64,000 bases of DNA from Thecamonas trahens ATCC 50062. Lineage: Eukaryota > Protista > Apusomonadida. The translations under genes and the position numbers were made by a program. Below the pieces are notes generated by a model. The model had not been told where the DNA came from, searched no databases, and saw only the letters and a program-made list of their open reading frames with translations. Numbering within the stretch: position 1 is the first letter of the stretch; the number at the start of each line of letters is the position of its first letter. This document shows positions 12,999-24,251 of the stretch, piece after piece. The stretch covers positions 320,631 through 384,630 of the forward strand of contig NW_013657666.1 of NCBI RefSeq assembly GCF_000142905.1, given 5' to 3'.

Positions 12999-14732
12999 AT
13001 GAGTGGTGGTGGTGGTGATGAAGACGGCAGAGGGTGGGAGGAGGTGCTCGCAGAGCGCGGCTTCCCAGGCGTGAGTATGACGACGTGCGGGTTTGTTCAG
13101 GAGAGCCGATACGCACATCCTGATCTGTGCCACGAGGATGTGCTGGAGACCGAGTCGCCGTTTGCGACGGTGGTTGCGGCTGGGACAGCCGTGTACTCGT
13201 TCCTGGTGGTGGGCGATCAGAACGCCGGCAAGTCAACGTTCCTCCACGCGTGGTCGGCGTCGGCGGACAAGGCCTTTCTCTCCCTCACCTCGTGGCTCCC
13301 GTTCCTCTCGGCGTCGTTTGTCAACTCGCGCGTGCTATCGTCGGCTGGTCCGAGGTCCAGCCTGGGCCCGGGCGACCAACCGCCGTTTCTCGACACCGAT
13401 CTAGGACGGGCTTCGCTCCTGGTCACGCTCGAGACCTTTGCGTTCTTTGTGGCCGAGTTTGGCCTCGATCCCGCGCTGGTCACTGACCTGGATGCCGCGG
13501 ACCGATACGTGGCCATCCAGTTTGTGGAGATCGGCGGGGACCATCTTGACCGCATCATGACCAGTGACGACGAGCTGGCAGCTGCGCCCGAGCCCGGCCT
13601 GCTCGAGCTGGTCGCCACCTCGCGCGCCATGCTGAGCTCGGTGGCGTCGGCAGTCTACTTTGTCAACGGCGCCGAATGGGCAGAGAGCCCCGACGCCGCC
13701 GCCGCCGCGCTGCGGTCCCGTCTGCAATATCTGGACGGGCTGTATGCGGGACATGAGGCTGCTCTCGAGCTCATGATCTGCATCACGCGGGTCGAGCTCG
13801 GGTCGGACGCCGCATCGCAGGTCCGCGACCAAGTGGTGGAGCTTGTGGCCGGCGACGATGCTGCCCCGCGCGGCGGCCTTGCGTTTGGACCTTTGTGGCT
13901 CTGCGCACACATCGACGCTGGCGGGGATCTAGTGCCAGACCAGATCATGCTCACGCTCTCGCGGCTCTTCCGAGCTGCCACCTTTGCGCCACCGGACTCT
14001 GCAGTGGCGGTGGGCTCGCTGGACGGGGTGACAGCACGCTGCCTCGCTCAATGCTACAAAGACACGGTGGCAGCCGCTGCTGGCGAGAACGGTGACGGGT
14101 TTTGGCCGTTCCTCGACCGCGATTCGTTTGACGATTGGATGGACGACCGGCCGGTCGGCGAGCTTCCTCCACCGCTCCTGTTGCAGTCGTTTGATCGGGT
14201 GTTTGAGCGGCTTGCCGCTGATGCGCGAGTCGCGGTCATCGAGAGTTGTGACGGCCTCGGTAGTTTGAGCGTCGCTGTTGCCGGCCACGGACACTGGGCT
14301 TCGCCGCTCTGTGACCGCCGACCCGGCGCAGGTCTCGCCGGACGCTTCCCACTCTACGCTCCGCTGATGGAGCAGTTTGAGTTTTTCATGGAGCGCAACC
14401 TCCCGCCGCAGTTCTGGTACACTGCCCCCGGCGCCAAGCCAAGCCAGTCCGAAACTGCAGCTAGCGCACCAGCTTTGGTTGCCGCCGGCCTCCGCACCCG
14501 CATCATCGACGCGCTAACAGCAGCGCTCGCCCCGTCGACCCACCATGCCCGACTCTTTGTCTGGCTTCTCGAGGACTACGCGCTCCTCGCGGCCCACGCT
14601 AATGCTGCTGCCATCGGCCCGCTCTCACTTCCAGTTACAGTCTGCCATGTTGGAGCCGTTCTAGAAGCAGCTGGTCTCGTGGCGGATGACGGATCGCGGC
14701 TGTTGTGTGTGGAGCTTGATGTCGAAGAGTAA
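12999..14732 (+). CDS. Uncharacterised protein with a divergent P-loop GTPase-like N-terminal domain
   Basis: Long intronless ORF. Walker A/G1 FLVVGDQNAGKST, G3-like FVEIGG, a VYFVN strand and a degenerate G4 (ITRVE). Confidence 0.7.
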   Translation: MSGGGGDEDGRGWEEVLAERGFPGVSMTTCGFVQESRYAHPDLCHEDVLETESPFATVVAAGTAVYSFLVVGDQNAGKSTFLHAWSASADKAFLSLTSWLPFLSASFVNSRVLSSAGPRSSLGPGDQPPFLDTDLGRASLLVTLETFAFFVAEFGLDPALVTDLDAADRYVAIQFVEIGGDHLDRIMTSDDELAAAPEPGLLELVATSRAMLSSVASAVYFVNGAEWAESPDAAAAALRSRLQYLDGLYAGHEAALELMICITRVELGSDAASQVRDQVVELVAGDDAAPRGGLAFGPLWLCAHIDAGGDLVPDQIMLTLSRLFRAATFAPPDSAVAVGSLDGVTARCLAQCYKDTVAAAAGENGDGFWPFLDRDSFDDWMDDRPVGELPPPLLLQSFDRVFERLAADARVAVIESCDGLGSLSVAVAGHGHWASPLCDRRPGAGLAGRFPLYAPLMEQFEFFMERNLPPQFWYTAPGAKPSQSETAASAPALVAAGLRTRIIDALTAALAPSTHHARLFVWLLEDYALLAAHANAAAIGPLSLPVTVCHVGAVLEAAGLVADDGSRLLCVELDVEE

Positions 14733-14793
14733 GCCGCCATTGCCAAACTGAATGAAATGAAATCATTGGAGTTTGGTAGACTTCTCGTCGACC

Positions 14794-16280
14794 ATGTCGT
14801 TCCTTCGGTATGTTAGCTGGTGGGAGGTAGACAGAATGAAGTGGGAGGGGGGAGAGGAAGGGGGAGAGGGAGGGAGGGAAGGGAAGGAGGGAGGGAAGAG
14901 GAGAGGAGGTGGGGAGGGGGGGGGGGGTAGGAGGGAGGTGGGAGGCGAAGGACGGTAGTGGAGGAGGGCNNNNNNNNNNNNNNNNNNNNNNNNNNNNNNN
15001 NNNNNNNNNNNNNNNNNNNNNNNNNNNNNNNNNNNNNNNNNNNNNNNNNNNNNNNNNNNNNNNNNNNNNNNNNNNNNNNNNNNNNNNNNNNNNNNNNNNN
15101 NNNNNNNNNNNNNNNNNNNNNNNNNNNNNNNNNNNNNNNNNNNNNNNNNNNNNNNNNNNNNNNNNNNNNNNNNNNNNNNNNNNNNNNNNNNNNNNNNNNN
15201 NNNNNNNNNNNNNNNNNNNNNNNNNNNNNNNNNNNNNNNNNNNNNNNNNNNNNNNNNNNNNNNGTTAAGGGAGTGGAGGCAAGACGGTAGTGGAGGAGGG
15301 GGTATGAGGGGTTGGCTGGCTGCGGCCTGGCGAATTCTTCGGTAGTCGGCCGGGTGCGCGTGCCTGGGCAACGACAGCAGAGGTTGCTGGAGGGGAAGGA
15401 GGGGGCAATGGGAGACAGATGAATGAGATGAGGGGGGAGAGGGGAGGAAGGAGAGAGGGGAGGGAGGTCTTGTGGAGAATGGGGAGGATAGAGATGGCGG
15501 ACGGGGGGGCGGGGTGAGGGGGGGGGAGGGTGCCGCGGGCAGTGCGGCTCGTCTGGGCTGGGTGCGGGTGGCGGCAGCCAGCAGAGCTAGGCCGACAGCG
15601 GGTGAGGGGAAGGATTGTGGCTTACGCAGGGAACTCGGATGGGGTGGACGATGTGGTGGGTTGACAGGTACCCGCGGCAGTCGATCAAGGTGAACAAGAA
15701 GAAGGATGGGGCGACACCGTTCAAGTTTGCCACGCTCGTCTCGTCGCGCCTCAACGTGGACCTGCTGGTGGAGCTGCCCGAGGGCGAGGACCTCAACGAG
15801 TGGCTGGCCATCAACACGTACGACTTTTTCACGCATGTCAAGGTGCTGTACGGGACGCTCTCGCACTCATGCACAGACGTGACGTGTCCGGTCATGTCGG
15901 CGGCCAACTGGGACTACCTCTGGGCCGACGGGGTCAAGATCAAGAAGCCGATCAAGGTCACCGCGCCGCAGTACTGCACGTACCTCTTTGAGTGGATCCA
16001 GGGCATGATCGAGAGCGAAAGCAAGTTCCCGACCCGCGACGACGCCGAGTTCTCGTCGTCGTTCCGCAAGAAGGTTGTGCTCCCGTCGTTCAAGCGCCTC
16101 TCGCGGGTCTACGCACACATGTACTACTCGCACAAGGACCGCATGCGTGAGCTCGGCCTCATCGAGTGCCTTGACACCTCGTTTGCCCACTTTATGGCCT
16201 TTGTCAACCGCTACGAGCTCATCACCGCCAAGAAGGATCTGGCGCCGCTCACGCCGCTCCTCGAGGCCTCCGAGTCGTAG
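14794..16280 (+). CDS. MOB1: MOB1-family kinase activator; exons 14794-14807 and 15668-16280
   Basis: Splicing GTATGT(14808)..CAG(15667) gives MSFLRYPRQSIK..., consistent with the MSFL start of MOB1. Also LPEGEDLNEWLA, the Zn ligands CxxxxC and HxxxxH, and YLWADG...KKPIK. The intron spans an N-gap. Confidence 0.9.
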
Positions 16281-16441
16281 ATGGCCGAGCCTCGCCTGGC
16301 AGTGGCTAGGCACACATGATTGAAGTACGATACCCTACATACCTGTGGCTGAACCGAGCGCGGTGGCGGCTGCCGGGCGCCCGCGGGCACCCGTCTCCGC
16401 AGACGAAAGACACCGCGACCACAACCAAGAGAGTGAGAGCG

Positions 16442-19400
16442 ATGTTTGGCTCAAGTGGGGGCGGTGGAGCTACTTCCGGACAGCAGGACCAGATGATGGC
16501 CATGCTGCATGCACAGCGGCAGCTGCAAGCGATGCAAGAGCGGATTGTGCAGCAGATACGGGCCGAGCAGCAAGGGCTACCGCAGGCGCAGGCAGGCCAG
16601 GGCCAGAGCCACGGCCAGCCAGACCCTCAGGCCATGAGCATGGGCCTGGGTATGGGCATGGGCATGGGCATGGGCACGGGCATGGGTATGGGTATGGGTA
16701 TGGGCATGGCAGGGGCATGGCAGGCTTGGGCACGGCAGGCTTGGGCACGTTTCCTGGCCTTGGAGGAAGTTCGTCTGCGGCGGCACCACTGGCGCCGGCG
16801 GCAGCTACACCGCAAGCAATGGCATCGGTCCCGCCGACCGAAACTGAGGCGGCCTTTGGAGGCTTTGTGAGCGCCAGCAGCAATGCCCAAGCCGAGTTTG
16901 GTGCCTTTGCGGGGCCGGCTGGGGCGCCTGTGGTCTTTGGTGGCTTTGCGGCTCCGCCAGTGGCCGATGCGAACACGTCGGCTAAGGCCGGGCTGTCGGC
17001 CGATGCCTTCGGTAGCTTTGTTGGCGCCGAGTCTGCGCCCAGCCCAAGCATGTCGGCGGAAGCTGGATCAGCAGCAGCTGGATCATTAGCAGCTGGGTCA
17101 CCAGCGGCGGCGTCCCTGGATGCGTCCCTGGATGCGTTTGGTGGCTTTGTGAGCGCCGAGCCTGTGCCCAGCCCGGATGCATTTGGGGGTTTTACATCGG
17201 CGGCCACGCCAGGCCCAGACAGCTTTGGTGGATTCGTAGCAGCCTCGGCGCCGAGCCCGGATGATGGATCTGCTCGTTTTGAGCTCGACTCGCTCCCCAC
17301 CTCTGCAGCCGTAGCTGCCCCGGTTCTCGCGACTGCTGATGCGCCCGTGCAAGCCGAGGTTGACGGGGGCGCCGCTGCTCCCCTCGCCGCCACCTCAACT
17401 CCAGTCGCTGACACTGCAGATCCGCCTCTGGTTGCCGCCGAGCAGAAGAAGCTCGATCTAGATGCTCTGATGCGGCAGACACTAGACGGAACCATCGACG
17501 ACGCAGTGCCGATGCAGGTGCGAATGGCCGAGCGCAAGTCTGCTGTGGCGCTGGCACAGGCTGCGGCTGCAGGCCCGCGTGCACCCGCCCGCGCGTCGGT
17601 TCCAGCCCGGGAGCAGTCGAAGAAGGCAACCAACTGGGCAACTGCAGATTACTCCTCGCTATTTTCGCAGCCCGGGGCGGCCGCGCCGGCCCCGGTCCTG
17701 ACACTGGAGTCGTTTGCCAGTGCCGCAGCAGAGCTCGAGCCCAAGCCCGAACCCGAGCCCGAACCCGAGCCTCTGGCAGCTGCTGTCGAGTTTGGAGCCT
17801 TTGATGCGCCATCGCCATCCGCATCGGATCCGGGCTTTGGTGCGTTTGAGACCGCAAGCACCGGCAGTGCGCCAGCCTTTGCCCCGTTTGCTGCCTTCCC
17901 GGAATCTGCGCCGGCCGTTGTTGAGCCGGCCGTCGCCACATCCGACGCCAGCCCCGATCCGAGCGCCACCACTAGCGCCGACAAGTACGCTGCGCTCACC
18001 GCCTTGTCAGCAACTGCTGACACCCCTTTCAATCCGTTTGCGGATTCGGACACAGAGGCAGAACCTGCTGCGGCAGCCACGACGTCCCTCGACGCCGAGC
18101 GCGCCGTTGCGGTCACCGACGACAAGTGCACCACGTTCTCGACGTTGACGACCCCGGAAGACGCTCCGCCTGCCGCCTTCGACCAATCTGATGCCCAGGC
18201 CATGTCTGCCACAGCAGCCCCTGCCGAGCCTGGCGCATCAGCTCCCGCCGAGCCCACCGACGACGACAAGTACGAAGCGTTTGTGGCGTCCTCGGCCACG
18301 ACGGATGCCCCTTTCAATCCTTTTGCCGATTCAGACTCTGACGGTGAGGCCGCTTCCCCTGCCGCCGCCACCGTCGATTCCTTTACCGCGTTTGCAGCCT
18401 TCCCAGACCCGGCTGATGCTGCGTTTACCCCATTTGCTGAGCCAGACGCCGAGTCCTCCGCGCCGCCGGCCCCCCCCACAACTGCCGCTTTCGAACCGTT
18501 CGAGGCAGCCACACTCGAAGCTGGGGATGGCGACCAAGCGTTTACGGAGAGCGTGGACGCGCCGTTCCCACTCCCCGACTCTCTCGACACGCCGTCGGGC
18601 ACCGAGGCTGCTGCGGGCTTTGACACGCCGGCCGGCCCCGAAACGCCGGCGTTTGGCGCGTTTGATGCCATCGACCTCAGCGGGAGCGCCGTGCTCCCCA
18701 CCGGACCCCCGAACCCCGATGAGGCACTGTTCGACTTTTCCTCGCCGGCTTCTCCGCCATCGGAGAAGCCGCCCGCCGACGCTGCTCCTGCCTCCGCGGC
18801 TGCCCCGGCTGCCCCGCGTTTCACCAAGGCTGAGCTTGTGGCGCAGCTCATTGCACAGGAGCGGTTCGAGGAGGCCGCCGACGTGCTCGCCCTGCTCAAC
18901 AAGGCGCCGGAGACGCAGCTCTCGACAGATTCGCTGCGGCCGGACGTGGCGTCGTGGTGCTCGCCGCCGCCGCGCTCGCACAAGACGCTTGCCCAGATGA
19001 AGGACGTGCTGGCAGAGGCCGGCGTGCCCGCCACAGCGCAGGCACGGTTCGAGCGGAACCACCCGAGTGCAGCGCTGGCTGTTCCTGCGCTCGCGAGCGA
19101 GGCTCAGCTCCGAGACGTGGCCGACAAGCATCGCAAGGCGCTCTATGCCATGACCGCCCTCCTCGCGTCGGGCGCCAACGAGTCGACGTCGCTTGATGAG
19201 CCATGGACCGCGACTCTCGCAGCAGTCCAGGCCGAGCTCGCCGCTGCCGCCGATGTCCTCGCGCCGGTGCTGGGCAACGACGCCGTGCTCGACGAAGTCC
19301 TTATGCAGCCCAAGTTCCTCAGCTACATTCGCGGCCTCGCCGGCATGCTCCTTGTCGGCCGGCGCATCGCGTCCGCCGCCGAGCACATGGTGGCGGAGGT

Positions 19401-19674
19401 CTCTGCTCCAGCGCGGGCGTCGGTCGCTGCCGCTGCGGGTAAGATCGAGGCCAGCTGGGCCGCTCTCAGCTCCACCCACCTCCATGCGTGCATGGCCGAC
19501 GCGCTCGCGCATGCACAGCGCCCGCTCTCGAGAGCGCAAGTGGCCGAGTCGCTCTGCACCCTCTGCACCTGCCCGGTTGAGGGCACGCCGTCTCTCTTCT
19601 GGTCGGGCTCACCGTACCACGCGGCGTGCGCCAACCTCTACGTCAACCGGGTCGGAACCACGCCACCGTGCTGA
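16442..19674 (+). CDS. SYNRG: Synergin-gamma-like AP-1 accessory protein (frameshift at about 16712-16715)
   Basis: Many FGGF/FGAF/FGSF gamma-adaptin-ear-binding-type motifs, DKY(A/E)A motifs and two NPF motifs. The C-terminal CxxC...YHAACANLYVNRV resembles the synergin-gamma C-terminus. The Q/GM-rich N-terminus joins the long ORF if one G is added. Confidence 0.75.
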
Positions 19675-19687
19675 CGCCCGCCATCGT

Positions 19688-21294
19688 TTACCAGTACGTC
19701 TCGCGCGAGTCGGGCTCGTACGTAGCCATGAGCGCCTCGTGCCACTCGGCAAACCAGCGCTTCTGCAAGTCGTTGGCCTCGTCAGGAATGGGCGGGAATG
19801 GGCGCGGCAGCGGCGCACCCATCCACCAGTCGCGCTTCTCCAGACGCCAGCCCTTGTCCTTGAACTCAGAGAGGAAGGTGTAGTGGACGGCCCAAGTCTC
19901 AGGATACACAGTGTGGTCAAAGTCCATGCCCGAGTGTGGGCCGATGCGGGTGGTGTACTCGACCTCCCAGCCGAGGTCGGCAAAGGCACAGGCCAGGCCC
20001 CACATGTCGGCAATCCACGACGAGGTGCCCGAGTCCGGGTCCTTGCCCCAATCCGAGGTGCGGACAAGGATGGTCTTCTGGATCCAGAGGCCGAGAACAG
20101 TGTGCAGGTCGTCAACGTGAATGGCCATGGGCAGGCCGACCGGCGGCGGCTTGTCAGTCCGCATCGAGCAAGCTTTTGCAATGTTGTTGCACCGCGGAAT
20201 GTGGTACTCCTCCATGTACCAGAACTGATGGCCGATGGGCTTCTCCGGCTCGGCCACAATGCCATCGAGCGAGCGCAGGCACGTCATGTCCGGCTCCCAC
20301 AGGATGATGTTGGTGTACTCGGCGTCGATGCCCTGAGCCTGCCGCTCGCGCAGCTCCGAGATGAACTTCATCAGGTGCCGAGCCCGGTTGTACACCACAA
20401 ACTCGTCGCCAGCGGTAAAGGTGTAGTCCTCGTAGAAGACCTCCATCGGACAGCCTGAGTACGGTCCCAGGCTACAATCCTTCTCCCATGCATAAGGATT
20501 GTCCTCCACTTTGTTCTGCATGGCCAACAGCGTCACAATCTTGATCTCTGGGTTGTACTTGCGCAGCGAGTACAGCGCCGTTCGCATCTGCCACTCCTGA
20601 TACTTGCCGTTGGCCACGTGCAGCACCACCATCGTCTTTCCGCCCTTTCGCCATCTCGTCCCATTGCTAGTAGACATCTCCATCAGCTCTTTGTTCGCCA
20701 CCCGCGTCGCCTCGGCAAACTGCGTCTGTCCCACGACTGAGTCTCCCACCGCAAGAGCAAGTGAGTCCAACAACGGCGAGCTGGAGGTGGGCGAGGAAGG
20801 AGGGGGGGGGTGNNNNNNNNNNNNNNNNNNNNNNNNNNNNNNNNNNNNNNNNNNNNNNNNNNNNNNNNNNNNNNNNNNNNNNNNNNNNNNNNNNNNNNNN
20901 NNNNNNNNNNNNNNNNNNNNNNNNNNNNNNNNNNNNNNNNNNNNNNNNNNNNNNNNNNNNNNNNNNNNNNNNNNNNNNNNNNNNNNNNNNNNNNNNNNNN
21001 NNNNNNNNNNNNNNNNNNNNNAGGGGGGGGGGGGGAAGGAGGAGGGAGCGTACACTTGCGGACATTGGCCCGGATAGCAGCCGAGAGCTTGTCGGTGATA
21101 CCCTGGCCTGTGGGCGGAGTAGCATGGTGCTCACGAGGCAGGAGCCAGACGATGGCGCCGACAAGGATGCATGCGATGACCAGTGACGTCCGCTTCACCC
21201 GGAACTTGCGCTTGACCACCACACGCCTACCCTTAAGACGGGCGGTGTCCTCGTCGTCGAGGTGGTTGAGCAGGTTATTCTGCACCTCCTCCAT
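19688..21294 (-). CDS. HPAT/SERGT1-like (GT95/GT96) glycosyltransferase, type II membrane protein; exons 21294-21054 and 20736-19688
   Basis: N-terminal TM helix (LVIACILVGAIVWLL). An intron GTACGC(21053)..CAG(20737) across an N-gap joins the frames. Motifs YQEWQ, FVVYNR, IILWEPD, VGLPMAIH and WIADMWG. Confidence 0.72.
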
Positions 21295-21554
21295 CCTCTC
21301 CTCCCGCAACTACCACGCGTGCAGTGTCACCTCCACTTCCCGCAAGCACGAGAAGAAAGTGACCGTGACCGTAGTGGTGCAAGCCGAGCTTGTGGCTGAA
21401 CGGGAGAGGATCGGAGCAGCCAACAGATGATTGACGACTGACGGCCGACGGCGCCCGGCCACCACGCCCCTCCCCCCCCACCTACCGCAGAGCATACGCA
21501 GAGAGTGCTAGCGAACCATCTCGAGCACACTTGTCTGAGTAGTACCTGCGCACA

Positions 21555-22515
21555 ATGGAGTGGTCGGTTCTTCTGTGGATTCTCATGGTTGTCATGGCAG
21601 CAGTCCTGCTGTTCATCATGGTGTTCTTTGTAGGTTATGCGAGGAGGTGGGGCGCGGGGGGGGGCGACCTGGCGGCGGGGAGGGACCCCTGGTGGGGAGG
21701 ATGGTGGGAGGGAGGGGGGAAAAGGGAGAAGGGGGGTATATGAAGTAGTGGGTGGTGTAGGAAGAGGTAGGGGAAGGGAGGGGGGGGGGGGCTGGGGCTG
21801 GTAGGAGAGGGCAAAGGACGGCGCTGTATGGTAAGGGGGGCAAGGGAGGCAAGGCGATTTTGAGGGGGAAGAGAAAGGCGCGAGAGGGAAGACGAGGGAA
21901 GCGGCTGGAGACTAACGGATGGGGGGGGGGGGTGGCAGATCATTGAGCTGTCGGACCTGGCAAGTGACTTTGTCAGCCCTGTCGAGTGCTGCCGCAAGCT
22001 CTCGCCGATCATTCTGCCCGAGTACTTTGCGCAGCTCACCATGACTGTCCTCATGCTCATCACGCTCAACTTTACGGCGTTTATCATCAACGCACCGCTG
22101 GCGGCGTACCATGTCTACTCGTACCAGACCAAGAGCTACTGGCTTGACCCGACCGACATCTTCCCCAAGATCGACGAGAAGCGCCGCGTCTTCTTCATCA
22201 AGCTCGGCTTCTACCTCATCCTGTTTTTCTACTATCTCTACTGGTACGTATCTGCGCTGAGAGGCTGGCTGTGGGAGCGAGGGAGGGTGGTTGGGTGGGT
22301 TGGGGTGGGAGAGGGGAGAAGTGTGCATCAGGATCAGCGTCTTACTGGGGGAGTGCAGCATGATCATGTCTCTGATCTCTGACTGATGGTGATTCCGGGG
22401 TTGGGACGATGGGTGTTGCAGTCTCATCATGGGCCTCATCTACTGGGGTGGGGTTGACGATGTCTCAGTCGACGAGCTCGTGAGCACCTTCCACCAGACT
22501 GTGACCTTGCAGTGA
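21555..22515 (+). CDS. CNIH: Cornichon/Erv14 ER cargo receptor; exons 21555-21629, 21939-22243 and 22422-22515
   Basis: The spliced product contains LSDLASDFVSPVECCRKL..ILPEY, NAPLAAYH, LDPTDIF and KLGFYLILFFYYLY. Both introns are GT-AG and keep the frame. Confidence 0.9.
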
Positions 22516-22858
22516 GTCCTGAACCGTGCAGACAACCGCAATAACACCAAGCACCAGCTGCCCTCAGTCCAGGCCGCAGCTACACTGCTGTCGATGCCTG
22601 GGAGGCTGCGAAACTCGCGCAGCCCAGACCGGTGAGGATGCATGGTCGTGGACCCTGGCACGGCCAGGTCAGCTCATCGGTTCTCGGAATGCGTAAGGCG
22701 GATCGCAAGAGATGAATGGCTCCGCAAATTGCATCACGCAACCATGCATGGTATATACTGTGGGAATGGAAGAGGGGGGGAGGAGATCTGCGCCGTTTGT
22801 GAGTCTCAGGCCGTAGCCACTAGGGTCAAACTTTGCGGGCGGCATTCGATCGAGGCAG

Positions 22859-22866
22859 GCGCCAAA
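22859..22866 (-). promoter_or_regulatory. Candidate E2F site (TTTGGCGC) upstream of the CDK
   Basis: Plus-strand GCGCCAAA is the reverse complement of the TTTSSCGC consensus, about 100 bp before the CDK ATG. Confidence 0.35.
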
Positions 22867-22965
22867 AGTGAAAATTGCTGAGGCGGACAGGCAGGCGGCG
22901 GGGCGAGGTGAGGCAACACGCCTCTCTCGACACCGGACCAAGCCGGAGAGACATACATAGACAAG

Positions 22966-24251
22966 ATGGAGCAGTACATGAAGCTTGAGAAGATCGGGGA
23001 GGGCACGTACGGTGTGGTGTACAAGGCACGGGACCTGCTCACCAACGACTTTATCGCCCTCAAGAAGATTCGCCTCGACGCCGAGGACGAGGGTGTTCCC
23101 TCGACCGCCATCCGCGAGATTTCGCTGCTCAAGGAGCTCGAGCACCCCAACATTGTGCGGTACGCCAGATAGACTACATCCCCCTTAGCGTAGTGTACCC
23201 CCAGCAACCTTGTTTCCGGCGCTCGCCTTTGGTGTACCCCCACCACAGGGCGTTGCCCTCGCGAGAGGCTGCGCCCAAAATTTGAAATTTAGGTTTTTCG
23301 GCGCGGCCAGATGCATTTTTTGCAGCCTCGCCCGCCGCCTCGCGCGGGACATTCGGCGCCGCGCGGTGGGCGGCTCGGACGGCGGTGGTGTGTGGCTCGT
23401 CGCGCGCACTTGCGCAGACGCTACATGCACTTGTTGATGCTGGAGGGTGTGGAGAGTGTGTGTACCCTGCGCTAGGCACGTCAGGGCGGATGAGGGCCGC
23501 AAGTAGGCGCTGGCGGAAGCAATGGTGCTGCGGCAGGCGGCGGTGGTTTCTACGGGCACTCACAGCGATTGCGAGGGACAGGCTCCACGACGTGGTGCAC
23601 TCGGACAAGAAGCTGTACCTTGTGTTTGAGTACCTTGACCAGGACCTCAAGAAGTACATGGACTCTGTGTCGGGCCTGCTCAAGCCCGCACTGGTCAAGA
23701 GCTACCTCCAGCAGCTGCTGGAGGGCATTGCGTTCTGCCACTCGCACCGTGTCCTCCATCGCGACCTCAAGCCGCAGAACCTCCTCATCGACCGCAACGG
23801 TGTGCTCAAGCTCGCCGACTTTGGCCTCGCACGCGCGTTCGGCATCCCGGTCCGCACCTACACCCACGAGGTGGTGACTCTCTGGTACCGTGCACCCGAG
23901 ATCCTGCTTGGCTCGCGCCACTACTCGTGCCCCGTGGATGTGTGGTCGATCGGGTGCATCTTTGCTGAGATGGCGTCCAAGATCCCGCTCTTCCCGGGCG
24001 ACTCGGAGATCGACAACCTCTTCCGCATCTTCAAGATCCTCGGCACTCCCAACGAGACCATCTGGCCGGGCGTCTCGGCGCTGCCGGACTTCAAGTCGTC
24101 GTTCCCCAAGTGGCAGCCGAAGAACCTCGCCTCGGTCGCCACCAACCTCGGCCCCGACGGCATTGACCTCCTCTCGCAGATGCTCGAGTACGAGCCCTCG
24201 CGCCGCATCTCGGCCAAGGCTGCTCTCTCGCACCCCTACTTTCTCGAGTAG
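22966..24251 (+). CDS. CDK2: Cyclin-dependent kinase CDK1/CDK2 (PSTAIRE); exons 22966-23159 and 23582-24251
   Basis: [58 protein letters not shown] and GDSEID. Intron GTACGC..CAG. Confidence 0.96.
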
